A stretch of 64,000 bases of DNA from Flectonema sp. DT1601 (Eukaryota): contig OZ025800.1 of assembly GCA_964019425.1 (NCBI GenBank), positions 248,001 through 312,000 on the forward strand. The letters are read 5' to 3'. Of the stretch, positions 25,990-36,310 are shown one piece after another. Under the pieces are notes generated by a model that had not been told where the DNA came from, made no database searches, and saw nothing but the letters and a program-made list of their open reading frames with translations. Position 1 is the first letter of the stretch. Each line of letters starts with the position of its first letter. The position numbers were made by a program, and so were the translations under genes.

Positions 25990-27219
25990 TTACGATTTGT
26001 TTGCAGCGCATTTCTTCTTACAACGTCTGTACATTTTGGAAACAGGTGCTTCACACTCAATCATTTCAGCACGTTGACTAACAGACTTAATACTTGGCTG
26101 TGATAACTTGCTCCAGGCAGCCTTTGCTGAGGATAAGGATTTTGCTTTGGCGGTTTTTTCAATATTTTCCTTTTTGTATTCCCCGTAGATGTCGGTGAGG
26201 CGCACTTCCTTCGATTTGGAGCCGCGTGCTTTCATAAGTTCGACCAGCTTGGCTTCAACTTCGTCATCCGCCATATTTTGTGCTTCCATCTTAGCGACAT
26301 TCTCAGCTACGAATTTTTCTAATTTCTGTAAAGATGCTTCTTCCTTAGCACCACCAACAATAACATCTGGAAGTAGTGATGCAGCAGTAAGTGGCAAAAA
26401 GCGACCTTCAGTAATCTGAGCTAGACCTTCCATAAGGTCGTGCGCGTTTGGGTAACTAGATAAGCTCGGTTCGCACGCTACAACATAAAGGATGATTCCT
26501 TGTTCGGCCATTTTGTTTGCAATTTCGATAGGATCTAATCCGTTTGGGTCGCCCTCTGGGAAACCATCACCTGGACAGCCGAGTCCATGAGGTGGTGCAT
26601 CAGCAATAAGAACAACAATCTTAACGGCGTCCTCTCTCCAGGGATAGTTCAAAGACTCGTGTAAAGCAGCAGTCACTGCTTCTGGACCATCACCTCCTCC
26701 TTGAGCAGAGTAGCTGCTGACAGCCTTCTTCATGTCACCTGGATCTCTCATGAAATTTGCGCACTTTGTTACAAAACTTAAATCTTGAGGTGGATGATCA
26801 CGGTATGCTACATAACCAAAGCGAATATCGGATTTTTCAGACTTAGAAACCTCGTCAACAATTCCCTTTACACTTGACCGCGCAGAGGCAATATAAGAAG
26901 ACATACTCGAAGTACAGTCCATACTGAATAGCAGGTCGATTTTATTCACGTCTGCAGGTACTTCCTTATTATCAGTAGCTTTCTTAAAGTTTTTGCTTGA
27001 ATTTTTAAAGTTCGCCATCGAGTTATCAGATTTTCGTAAACCAGAGTCAACCAAAGGTTTTCTTTTTACTACTGATTTTACAGTCGTCTTATTCTTCATC
27101 TGTTTTTTCTTCGTCATCGCAGTCACGGCAGGAGCTCTCATAGACATTTTAGATAATGGCTTGTGAATGAGATAGAAATGACGCATTAGAAACCTACTCA
27201 TATAGAAAGTCATCTTCAT
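25990..27219 (-). CDS. von Willebrand factor A domain protein (vwkA/alpha-kinase N-terminal type, without kinase); start possibly ATG 27147
   Basis: IDLLFSMDCTSSM (MIDAS-like), VAYRDHPPQD, GGGDGPEAV, LIADAPPHG. Confidence 0.85.
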   Translation of the reverse strand: MKMTFYMSRFLMRHFYLIHKPLSKMSMRAPAVTAMTKKKQMKNKTTVKSVVKRKPLVDSGLRKSDNSMANFKNSSKNFKKATDNKEVPADVNKIDLLFSMDCTSSMSSYIASARSSVKGIVDEVSKSEKSDIRFGYVAYRDHPPQDLSFVTKCANFMRDPGDMKKAVSSYSAQGGGDGPEAVTAALHESLNYPWREDAVKIVVLIADAPPHGLGCPGDGFPEGDPNGLDPIEIANKMAEQGIILYVVACEPSLSSYPNAHDLMEGLAQITEGRFLPLTAASLLPDVIVGGAKEEASLQKLEKFVAENVAKMEAQNMADDEVEAKLVELMKARGSKSKEVRLTDIYGEYKKENIEKTAKAKSLSSAKAAWSKLSQPSIKSVSQRAEMIECEAPVSKMYRRCKKKCAANKS

Positions 27220-27515
27220 GTATACCGAAAGGTGTCACAAGTCACAAGCATATTTACTAAACGGGATGTGTCTTAAGAGAACAAGAGATCCTGGTTAAAA
27301 AAGAGATGTTTTCCCTTACACAAAATAATTCAAACGGAAGTGAAGAAAGTACCACATCAAAGAACATATAGCATAGTCACTTCCACATCATCAGTTTATA
27401 CAATTCTTGATATCAAGAAAGCTGAATTGCTTTTCAAGTCTCAAAGCTGATAAAGGAAATACCAGAAAATATCAAAAAAAAAAAAAAAAAAAGGTGGTCA
27501 GAAATGAAAAAGAAA

Positions 27516-28796
27516 TTACTTGCTCACATGAATTATTTCAAGTAACTCCTGAATGTGTGTTAAATTACACTGTATTGGATCACCTATCCCGTATGATGAC
27601 TCCGCTCTCTCAGCTGGGCTGTCGAGTACTCGTATGCTGTCTTTTGCTATTAGTTTTCTTAGCCATTGATTTCGTTTTTGCTTTTCATTTTCATCGTCTC
27701 CAGGATTAACTGCTATGATGGTAACGTTGAGACCAGTGAAGAACGTTGCTAGAGCAAGAGCAGGTCCAACAGGACCAATAACTACATTCGCCACATTAAG
27801 CGCTGAGAACATTTGAATAGAATCAGATTGGCTTGGGTCTGCTAACACAATTGGATAAAAGTCTTCATCTCTTGCCAACTTTGATATTTGTGAAGTGTTT
27901 AATAACATGTTACGACCTTCACTCTGAGTTAAAACAACCAAACTCTTTTTATTCGCAAATAAACCCGGAGATACCCTCTTCACTATTGTATGCCTTAGAG
28001 GAACACCACTCCACATCCTCTCTACAACATTGAGTTCCTCAACACAGATAATTCTATTATCCGTCCCTTCAATTGTTCTTTTAGAAGGTAAGAAGAACAG
28101 ATCAGTCCGCACTCCAAACATTCTTTTTAAAAAAACTGGACTGAGATTTAGCAGGAATTGGGTTCTTGCAGGAGATATGAGCACCGCTTCTTGTGTTGTT
28201 GAATTACACTTTGAGTTAAATGTCTCTACTGCGGGTAGCAGGGCAGTATAAAATGATAAAAATTGATCATCCCAAAGAGGTAGTTGAAGGAGTAAAAAAC
28301 AATATTTCGGATCTGCAACAGAAACCGTATCATACAACGGGTGTTCCGATGTTTGTAGTAATCGTGTTTCGGTAGCAATTCCAATAGTTGGATAGTTGAA
28401 AAGAGTGAAGTCAGGTTTCACAAACGGATTGTCAATAATATCATTAATTTGTCTAAACAACAACAAACCTTGAGAGTTCGAGAAACAACTATTCTCAATA
28501 ACATCGCCATGTATTTGAGCTTCTTTTGGACTACTCGCCAAGGAATACTTCAATTCTTCAATAGTTTTTGTTCCACTAACAGCTTGTCGTAGTTTTCTAT
28601 ATTCTCTCTGTGTTGATATCTTTTCAAACTGTTCAATTATTACTTTTGTAACATAACTCAATACGATGATAAATATAATTCCAATAACTAAGTTTCGTAG
28701 CATCTCTGTTTTAGATGGCTTTGTTTTTATTGGAACTTGTTGACGACCATCTTTTTCAACTTGCACGACCTGCTCATGTCGTCCTGGTCGTTTCAT
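27516..28796 (-). CDS. Type II membrane protein, glycosyltransferase family 61-like (divergent)
   Basis: One N-terminal TM; GRNMLLNTSQI and QMFSALNVANVVIGPVGPALALATF resemble the GT61 R-x-N and IG-x-HGAGL motifs. Confidence 0.55.
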   Translation of the reverse strand: MKRPGRHEQVVQVEKDGRQQVPIKTKPSKTEMLRNLVIGIIFIIVLSYVTKVIIEQFEKISTQREYRKLRQAVSGTKTIEELKYSLASSPKEAQIHGDVIENSCFSNSQGLLLFRQINDIIDNPFVKPDFTLFNYPTIGIATETRLLQTSEHPLYDTVSVADPKYCFLLLQLPLWDDQFLSFYTALLPAVETFNSKCNSTTQEAVLISPARTQFLLNLSPVFLKRMFGVRTDLFFLPSKRTIEGTDNRIICVEELNVVERMWSGVPLRHTIVKRVSPGLFANKKSLVVLTQSEGRNMLLNTSQISKLARDEDFYPIVLADPSQSDSIQMFSALNVANVVIGPVGPALALATFFTGLNVTIIAVNPGDDENEKQKRNQWLRKLIAKDSIRVLDSPAERAESSYGIGDPIQCNLTHIQELLEIIHVSK

Positions 28797-29001
28797 TTAT
28801 AATGCACTGAGTCGAGTATAAATATAGTAAAGCATGCAAAGGAAAATAACTTTGTATCAGAAACTGTTGGATCATTAAATTGTTGTTAGGTAGCTGGTTT
28901 TAAAAAGAAAAAAAAGAATTCGTTCCAATAAATTTAATAAATCCAACTACTTTTTTCTTATGGACCCTTTCGGATACCTGAGGTACGAACTTCCATCACA
29001 G

Positions 29002-30297
29002 CTATGGTTCTTCGAACAAAGCAACTGCTTCTTCAAGCTCTCTTAAGTGTCTCTTATCAACCTTCCCCAACGCCGCTGAAAGTGATGCTACTTTAGATTC
29101 TGTATCTGTCGCACCAAACCCGACTTCCCCATTGCGAGATGGACGAGAAGGGTTCTCAACTGAATCTTTAATTTGACAAGTTGTTTTATAATAATTCATT
29201 TCCAGGTAAGGTTCTTCTCTTCGAAAGGGTGTACTAAACACGATATTGAGTCCCTTTTTATTGTAAAGCCTCGCTTGAAACTTCTTTATTCGAATTTCGT
29301 CAAAATCAGATGTATCTTGTCTGAACTTGAAGGGTTCAAACCTTCCGTCTGCAGTTCTAACCGGAACTGGAGTTTCCTTTTTTAATTCCGTTTTTGGATT
29401 CACTGCTACTGCAGGTGTGCACTCGGTGCTCGCTGTTGTTGTATTCGAAGTTCGGTCTTCGCAAACTTCGTTGGAATTTCTAACATTTTTCACTTCGCTC
29501 AATTGACAAGTCTCAGAACCCTCATGTGAGTTGTCCGTAGTGTTGGTTGGCTGATCTGATAATGTTATATTCAACTGCTGACTTTCCTGTTCACATGAAG
29601 CCAACATCTGGTCCGTGGGCGGTTGAAATAAAGTCTCTGCTTTGTCGGATGATGCTGGCAGTTGTGAGTCGTTGGCTTCGGCAGCTGCGACGTCAACTTC
29701 AGTTTCTGGATTCTTGACCACGGAAACCCCCGTCTTGGGTTCCACTACAGCATCTCCAATTGAGGTGGTGACTATTTCTTGATTTTTGACGCTTATCTCA
29801 GCAATCAGTGAGTGTTGGGCACATGGAGTACTTACTGTTGCTTCATTCTCAGTAACTTGCTTTGACGAGACAACTTGTTTAGAGTCTCGCGTACAATCTT
29901 CAGATACTGTTGACTGACTACTCAGAGGTTGAATTGATGAAACTTCTTTTTGGATTGAAGTAGTTTCTGTTGGATGATCAGCTGACGGCTGAGTAGTAAT
30001 TTGCTCATCCCGTGTGATAACATTATGACTAATATTCGATGGCCAGGTATCTTTCATAGCTACCTGGACAGGTTGGGACAAGTTGTCTTGTTGTGAAACT
30101 ACTGACTTCTCAACAAGATCCGGCTCCTGTTCAGATAAAGCGCTGCATTTGCTTATCTCGTTATTCTTAACGTCAAAAAAGGGAGCACATCTATTACTTC
30201 TTTGATGTAGTGAGAGCTCAGCTTGTTTTATAAACAATTTCCTACACGGTATGCATCCGTACCTTACAATATTATCTAAAGACTGTACTACAACCAT
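29002..30297 (-). CDS. Hypothetical protein with N-terminal C2HC zinc finger and acidic low-complexity middle
   Basis: 431-aa ORF; YGCIPCRKLFIKQAELSLHQRSNRC. Confidence 0.75.
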   Translation of the reverse strand: MVVVQSLDNIVRYGCIPCRKLFIKQAELSLHQRSNRCAPFFDVKNNEISKCSALSEQEPDLVEKSVVSQQDNLSQPVQVAMKDTWPSNISHNVITRDEQITTQPSADHPTETTSIQKEVSSIQPLSSQSTVSEDCTRDSKQVVSSKQVTENEATVSTPCAQHSLIAEISVKNQEIVTTSIGDAVVEPKTGVSVVKNPETEVDVAAAEANDSQLPASSDKAETLFQPPTDQMLASCEQESQQLNITLSDQPTNTTDNSHEGSETCQLSEVKNVRNSNEVCEDRTSNTTTASTECTPAVAVNPKTELKKETPVPVRTADGRFEPFKFRQDTSDFDEIRIKKFQARLYNKKGLNIVFSTPFRREEPYLEMNYYKTTCQIKDSVENPSRPSRNGEVGFGATDTESKVASLSAALGKVDKRHLRELEEAVALFEEP

Positions 30298-30490
30298 GGC
30301 TTACATAATTTCTGGTTTTTATTCAGAAAATTGACAATAAATTCACGTACTCACTTGCTAAACCCTTCAAGATACTATTCACAGACGTAATCTGTAAGCA
30401 CTACCTTTCTTTTTGTTATAAATAACAAAAAAGAAGAAAAAATAAATAACGTGACCTTACCTTATTGGAAAAACAACGCCGTATTTTTTT

Positions 30491-30525
30491 TTCTTCTTCT
30501 TCTTCTTCTTCTTCTTCTTCTTCTT
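30491..30525. repeat. (TTC)n microsatellite
   Basis: Direct inspection. Confidence 0.9.
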
Positions 30526-30752
30526 TTAATTTCTTTTTTTTTTTTTTGGTACATGCGTACTGAGGGGCAGCTATAAAATTATGAGCATTTTTAACCCGTT
30601 CGGATTTCTTTTTCTTTTTTTACTTTCCTAAAGTAATCATGACAGCTAAAAAGAAAACCCATATTCACTGCAGAGTAACAAAACGAAACCAAAGTACTGA
30701 ACAACCTTTCGGTTTACCCAAAGGTTGTTCAGTACGACTCGAAGTAATACAT

Positions 30753-32606
30753 TCAAAGCTTTTTCAGTTGTTTATTTATTGAATAGTATTCAAGCGACTG
30801 TGGCATTTCATTACCTGAGATGCAGGAGAGAAATTTCAAAGAAGAAATCGGATTATCATCATTTTCCATCACAACAAATCTTATTTTACTACTCTTTTCC
30901 GTTCCTTTCACAAACTCTTCAGGGGTTTCGTAGTACGTTGTTCTTGCTTTGACTCGTTGCTTGTAGGCATTCATATTCGCTGCATTTAAATTTTCATCTA
31001 AGATAACGTAATTATATTTATCGTCCTCGATTCCGGGACGCTGTTCACTTGACTGCTCAGGTGTCACGAGCTGCTGTTCCGACTGCGGCTGCTGCTCAGC
31101 TTGTTGTGTAGTCTCATCGTTCAGCTGCACAGTTCCTGTAGTCTGAGTGTCCATTACAACCTGTTGCTGTGATAGTGAAGCAGACAGTTCTTGTTGAGAT
31201 ATGTTTTGATCATTTAACTGTTCTGTTGAAATGTGTTTCGGTTGCTCAGACGCTATCAGTGAAGCTGGTGACGATTGCAGTTGCTGTACCTGTTGCTCGC
31301 CTATCGATGCCGAAGGCTGTAATTGTTGTTGCTGTTGCTCGCCTATCGATACCGAAGCTGGTGATGGTGATGGCTGTAGTTGTTGCTGTTGCTGTTGTTG
31401 CTCGCCTATAGATGCCGAAGCTGGTGATGGTGATGGCGATGACTGTTGTTGTTGCTCGCTTATCGATGCCGAAGCTGGTGATGGCGATGGCTGTAGTTGT
31501 TGTTGCTGCTCGCCTATCGATGCCGAAACTGGTGATGGTGATGGCTGTAGTTGTTGTTGCCGCTCGCCTACCAATGCCGAAGCTGGTGATGGTGATGGCT
31601 GTTGTTGTTGTTGCTGCTCGCCTACCAATGCCGAAGCTGGTGATGGTGATGACTGTTGTTGTTGTTGCTGCCGCTCGCTTATCGATGCCGAAGCTGGTGA
31701 TGGCGATGGCTGTAGTTGTTGTTGTTGCTGCTCGCCTACCAATGCCGAAGCTGGTGATGGCGATGGTTGTTGTTCTTGTTGCTCGCTTATCGATACCGAA
31801 GCTGGTGATGGTGATGGCGATAGCTGTTGTTCTTGTTGCTCGCTTATCGATACCGAAGCTAGTGATGGCGATGGCTGTTGTTGTTGCTGCTGCTCGCTTA
31901 GCGATGGCGAAGCTGGTGATGGCTGTTGTTGTGGTTGCTGATCAGAAGTTGACAGGGATGGCTCTGTATTTTGTTGATGTTGCTCAGGCATGGTTTTCAA
32001 GGTCGATTGTTGGTGCTGCTGCCGCTTCTCTTGTAGTTGTTGTTGCTGTTGGTGTTCTTTTTCTTCCCGTTGTTGTTCTTGTTCAGGTATTGATGCCGTA
32101 GCTGGAGAGGGCGATAACAATAGTGATGGTGATAGCTGTTGCTCAGATGTGGGTTTAGAAGCTGACAATGGTTGTTGCTGCTGTAAAGCCACTGGTTGTT
32201 GCTGTTCCTGGACAGATGTTGACACTAATGACGTTTGCTGTTGATGTTGCTGCTGCTCATATATCGATGCTGACGTTGGTTTATGATGCACGGGCTGTTT
32301 TTGCATCACCGGAGATGGTGACAGATGCTGTTGGTTTTGCTGATTTGCCACCTCTGCGAGTTGAGCCTCCAGCATTTGAATTTTTCTCTTGAGTTCTGTG
32401 TTCTCATCTATCTTATCATTGTTCTCTACTAACTGTACAGGTACATGAGTTGTATTTATCGGACTATCTGGAACTAACAAAGGTACTTCTTCAACTCCAC
32501 ATGTACTTTGATGAGACAACAGCTCCTCAGCAGTTTTATATAATTCCCTACATGACACACAGGCATGTCTTATTTCTCTATCCAACGTCCCGTATAATAA
32601 AACCAT
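30753..32606 (-). CDS. Hypothetical protein with N-terminal C2HC zinc finger and Q/P/S-rich tandem repeats; paralogue of 29002..30297
   Basis: 617-aa ORF; HACVSCRELYKTAEELLSHQSTC. Confidence 0.75.
   Translation of the reverse strand: MVLLYGTLDREIRHACVSCRELYKTAEELLSHQSTCGVEEVPLLVPDSPINTTHVPVQLVENNDKIDENTELKRKIQMLEAQLAEVANQQNQQHLSPSPVMQKQPVHHKPTSASIYEQQQHQQQTSLVSTSVQEQQQPVALQQQQPLSASKPTSEQQLSPSLLLSPSPATASIPEQEQQREEKEHQQQQQLQEKRQQHQQSTLKTMPEQHQQNTEPSLSTSDQQPQQQPSPASPSLSEQQQQQQPSPSLASVSISEQQEQQLSPSPSPASVSISEQQEQQPSPSPASALVGEQQQQQLQPSPSPASASISERQQQQQQSSPSPASALVGEQQQQQQPSPSPASALVGERQQQLQPSPSPVSASIGEQQQQLQPSPSPASASISEQQQQSSPSPSPASASIGEQQQQQQQLQPSPSPASVSIGEQQQQQLQPSASIGEQQVQQLQSSPASLIASEQPKHISTEQLNDQNISQQELSASLSQQQVVMDTQTTGTVQLNDETTQQAEQQPQSEQQLVTPEQSSEQRPGIEDDKYNYVILDENLNAANMNAYKQRVKARTTYYETPEEFVKGTEKSSKIRFVVMENDDNPISSLKFLSCISGNEMPQSLEYYSINKQLKKL
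31255..31935 (-). repeat. Coding minisatellite, ~55-70 bp unit encoding Q(n)PSPSPASASIGE, about 11-12 copies
   Basis: Repeated GCCGAAGCTGGTGATGGYGATGGC and CTCGCCTATCGAT on the + strand. Confidence 0.9.
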
Positions 32607-32949
32607 TGAATTTTGTCACCTAAGTTTTTGTTTTTTAAAAAAAAAAAGAAAAAAACATGAAGAAGACTCTCACAGTTGAAAACAGAGCACACTCTATCCG
32701 ATTTATAAAGAACAACCAAAGATGTTCTTTTCTTGTTTTTTTTGTTTTTTTAGCTAGGAAATGAGAATATTAGTTAGTCATATAATCCAACGTTGCTAAC
32801 GCAACAGAGGACCCAATCTCCTTATTTTTTTTTTTTCGATTATAGATTTCTTTGAGAATAACCACTAGCCAGTGAAGGGGGTTAATTGTTTTCACGTTTA
32901 TAAAAAAACATAAGTATCTGTGTTAGATTAAAGTTAACAATTATAAACA

Positions 32950-33165
32950 ATTAGTCATTTTTGATACATGTTGACTAAACGTTAGTATAGGTAGTTAGTA
33001 AGTAGGTAAACACTCTGCAACATGCCGCCACATTATTGTTTATAACTTAGTTGCAAACGCGGAATCGAGTTATTCAATTATTGTAATTATCATAACCAAA
33101 ACTAGGCAGGTATAATGTTATACGACAAGAGTGTAACAAGTAACTTTTCACCTACCGGTTGCTTG
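32950..33165. repeat. Dispersed non-coding element, diverged copy A
   Basis: Shares CACTCTGCAA, TAACTTAG, CGGAATCGAGTTATTCAATT, ACCAAAAC, GGTATAATG and TTTCACCTAC in order with copy C (all but the first also with copy B). Confidence 0.75.
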
Positions 33166-34262
33166 TTTAAAAAAAAAAAAAATAACATTTAAACAAAATG
33201 GCCAGTGAGGGAAAAAGAAAAAAAAAAAAACAACAACAAAAGGGAAATTTATTGGTATCCAGAAAACGTTGTCAAATCTGGAGTAAAAAAAATTCAAAAA
33301 TAAACAGTATTCTTGATTCACAAAGCAAAAGTACTGCACAAAAAAAAAAAAAAAAAAAAAATTGCAAAATCTAAACGACAATTAACAAGGGAAATCAATC
33401 CCTCTTCAAATCTCTGCTCAGTATCTTTTTTAAAAAAAAGAAACGAAAAAGAGTGACACAAAAAACAAAACAAAACCCCACACCTAAATGAAAGAAACAT
33501 CGATAGTTTCCTTCAATGCACAACGTTAGTGAATTCGGTCGATCAGCGTACTTTATTTATTAACTCATTAAAGTTAGGAAAGCAGAGATGAATTATAAAA
33601 AAGTACGCCAAACAAAAAAAAATATATATATAATACATAGATGGAAGTGCCCTCCAAATTTGGAGGGCGCCTGGTGAAAATCAGCCACAAAAATTTGTAG
33701 GGCCAAAATAGGGCGCTGGAGGGCGCGTAGGGCGCTTTTTTAATTAAATTTAATATAATGCCGAGCTCATTTTGACACACCCCTGCCCTCAGCGAGGGTC
33801 GAATCGCATCTTATTTGACTTTTCTCCGGTTCGCCCGATCAAATGCGTCTCTGGGATATCAGGTTACTTGCCACCAGTAAACTTCTTTTTTTCTCACAAG
33901 GTACCTGAAGACCGGCCTATTAACAGGTTAGCAAGAACGCACTCTCCCTCCTCGAATCCCTCTATATTCGACTCGGTGCATTCTGCGGGCTATCAATTCC
34001 TTGTAGATCTGGGATGCATCGTCCACTGAAATGAGTTTCAGCTTCAGGGATTGCAGCAGGCTCCGGAAGCTCTCAAGGAGTGGCCCATTGTTTTTTGCCA
34101 TTGTTGACCTCCGAACCATGACCTGGAGGTCTCGGGTTCGAACCCCGTGACACCCTTTTTTCTCTTTCTCGAAAGACTGCCAAGCATGTCAAAATTTTTT
34201 TTGGCTTCTGCGTCCAAATACTTGTGCGTCAGTGTAAGTCGACGTCAATTTAGCTGTCTTAA

Positions 34263-36004
34263 CCCTTACACCACCGTAAGAACCCCCAAAACGACGGGTC
34301 CAAAATTTTACTGTTTTTTCAAAAAGAGAAAAGGTACCCCCCCAGAAAACCTATGTACCAAACCGGACACAACTACTCCTACGGGTCAATAGCACCTGTC
34401 ACCCACACACCCAACGGTGCGTACCTTGGTGCGTTGTTGCACATTCAGCAGAACTAACAAAGTCGGCAGTGTCGCAATAACGTACTCAACGGTTTCCATT
34501 CATAGCAGCTGCATGTTATTCCCTTCCCGTATTTTGAAAGGGATGATGTTTCTGCGCAACATCATGTCAGAGGGAGCCCAAGTAAAGAGAATGCCAAATC
34601 ACGGCCGATATTAAATCGAAAAATCAGATTTTTCCCCTGTTTTTTGAGCTTGTAAAAGCCCTCTGTGGTAGCGGAAAATACACAAACAACCCGCATCATG
34701 GCACAGCAGGTTCAGACACACAGGAGGATTACCACATCGGTTGATAAGCTCGAAAAATATAAATAACATCGATCCCAGATCATGGAACTTCATTAGTTAC
34801 AGTGCAGCTACTCAGATCAGACCGTGTTGGGCTGGATCTATAAACTTCCACCTCTTTACCCCACCAGCCTGGCATACTGGATTTTTGGGAAGTTGGCGGT
34901 TTAGGAACATCACAAGGAATTTTGTAGTTTTGGAGGATGTGATACCTTTTGAAATATGGGTAAGCACAAAGCGCTTGGTTGCATCGCTCACAGTAATCTA
35001 GTGATTGTGCGCGCTTTGCGCGAACTGCACACCGACGAGCCTTTTCCATCTTTCCGGGGTAGTGTCCCAAAGCTGGCTTGAGGCGATCAGGGATTGATAC
35101 TGATTGTGGAGAAGGCGGTACTGATGGTGTTATTAATAGTGTTGGTGCCGCTCTGGTACGTTTAAATGTACCTATAAGCTGCCCAAAACAAAGCCAATTT
35201 GAAGGATAAGAATCTCTTGCTTCTCCAGCCAAATTCACTACTATCCGTCCAAATTCCACCATGCCCACGTCGCATCAGGATAAAGGAATTCAAAATACAC
35301 GTCTCCACTTCGGATCCTCATGCTCGGGAGCAGGTAATATCGCAGAGAAGTGTAAGTTCCTCAGTATTTCGGCAAAGCGATTACGTGAAAACACTTGCGG
35401 AAAGAACAACAGGGGGGTCAGCAGTATGTCATTCAAACCCCAGGAATCCCCCAGATTAGATTTTATTGGGAGGCGCGTCAGTAGTGTTGTGCCAACAAAG
35501 GCCCTTGCTCCTGCGTACTGGTTTTAAATTTTCTTCCCCTCTGTGAGGCATAGACCTCAGAGTTTTTCTTCATCAGCTGGAAAACTGATTATCCGAAGAA
35601 AAACTCAAAAACCTGCAGCTCCGACTTGCGTGCAACTCTAATCTTTAACGTTTCTTGGAAACGCGTTTTTATTCTTGGTAACCCTTGTTACCTCCCCTCC
35701 CTATTTGGGGTCAGATACTTCGTCAAGTGACGAACGGAGCACACCGACGATGGATTAGCAAATACTGTTGCATCCTCATCAGAACTGTGGACCGACATAT
35801 TTCCCAAGTTGATTTTGGCCAGCTTTAGCAAATGGAAAATTTACCATTTAATAAAAACTATTGCGGCGCAACACGTAAGGAACATAAAAGACATCGCAAT
35901 AATACCTCTCCCGTGAAATCGTTGTACTCAGAAATGCAAAATTTTCACTTAGCAAAAAAAAAATTTTTTTTCAGACTGATATATCAGCTCCGGTGGTGTA
36001 AGGG
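34263..36004 (-). mobile_element. piggyBac-family transposon, internally deleted (1742 bp)
   Basis: TTAA at 34259-34262 and 36005-36008; perfect 14-bp TIR CCCTTACACCACCG / CGGTGGTGTAAGGG; transposase remnants inside. Confidence 0.93.
34780..35510 (-). pseudogene. piggyBac transposase pseudogene (DDD core missing, frameshifted)
   Basis: Remnants ARAFVGTTLL...DSWG...QVFSRNRFAEILRNLHF, then ETCILNSFIL...FLSFKLAL, then the Cys-rich tail HYPGKMEKARRCAVR...YCERCNQALCAYPYFKRYH. Confidence 0.85.
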
Positions 36005-36114
36005 TTAAAGTAATAAAAAAGGTAAAAAAAAGCGCCCTCCAAAATAATATTTATATTAAAAGCGCCCTACAAGCTCCCTCCAAATTGTAGGGCACCTCCA
36101 TCTATGATACATTA

Positions 36115-36310
36115 TAATAAATGTTTCTAACTTAGCTGCATACACATCTCTTTTTCCGTGTCGTCATTCAGTGCAGTACGGAATCGAGTTATTCAATTTT
36201 GAATTAATCGTGAGCCCTGGGAAACCAAAACCAGGGTATAATGTAATACGGCAGAGTGTAGCTTTCACCTACAAATTACTTGCTTAAAATCAACAATTTT
36301 TTGAAAAAAA
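36115..36310. repeat. Dispersed non-coding element, copy B (left-truncated next to the transposon end)
   Basis: Nearly identical to 54055-54248. Confidence 0.9.

Larger units (their letters stand above)
33636..36106. mobile_element. Non-autonomous TIR DNA transposon with CATAG termini (P-superfamily-like), ~725 bp excluding the nested piggyBac
   Basis: Left CATAGATGGAAGTGCCCTCCAAATTTGGAGGGCGC versus right reverse complement CATAGATGGAGGTGCCCTACAATTTGGAGGGAGC; subterminal AGGGCGC repeats at both ends; 8-bp flanks ATATAATA/ATACATTA match 6 of 8. Confidence 0.75.

Noticed and set aside
31255..31935. CRISPR-like repeat-spacer appearance
   Set aside because: The spacers are variable Gln codon runs inside a eukaryotic ORF, and there are no cas genes
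31169..32392. Plus-strand Cys-rich and Val-rich ORFs (236 aa, 229 aa and others)
   Set aside because: Antisense shadows of the CAA/CAG-rich coding minisatellite, not metallothionein-like genes
33928..34119. 63-aa ORF as the transposase of the outer element
   Set aside because: No THAP or DDE motifs recognisable, and it is too short
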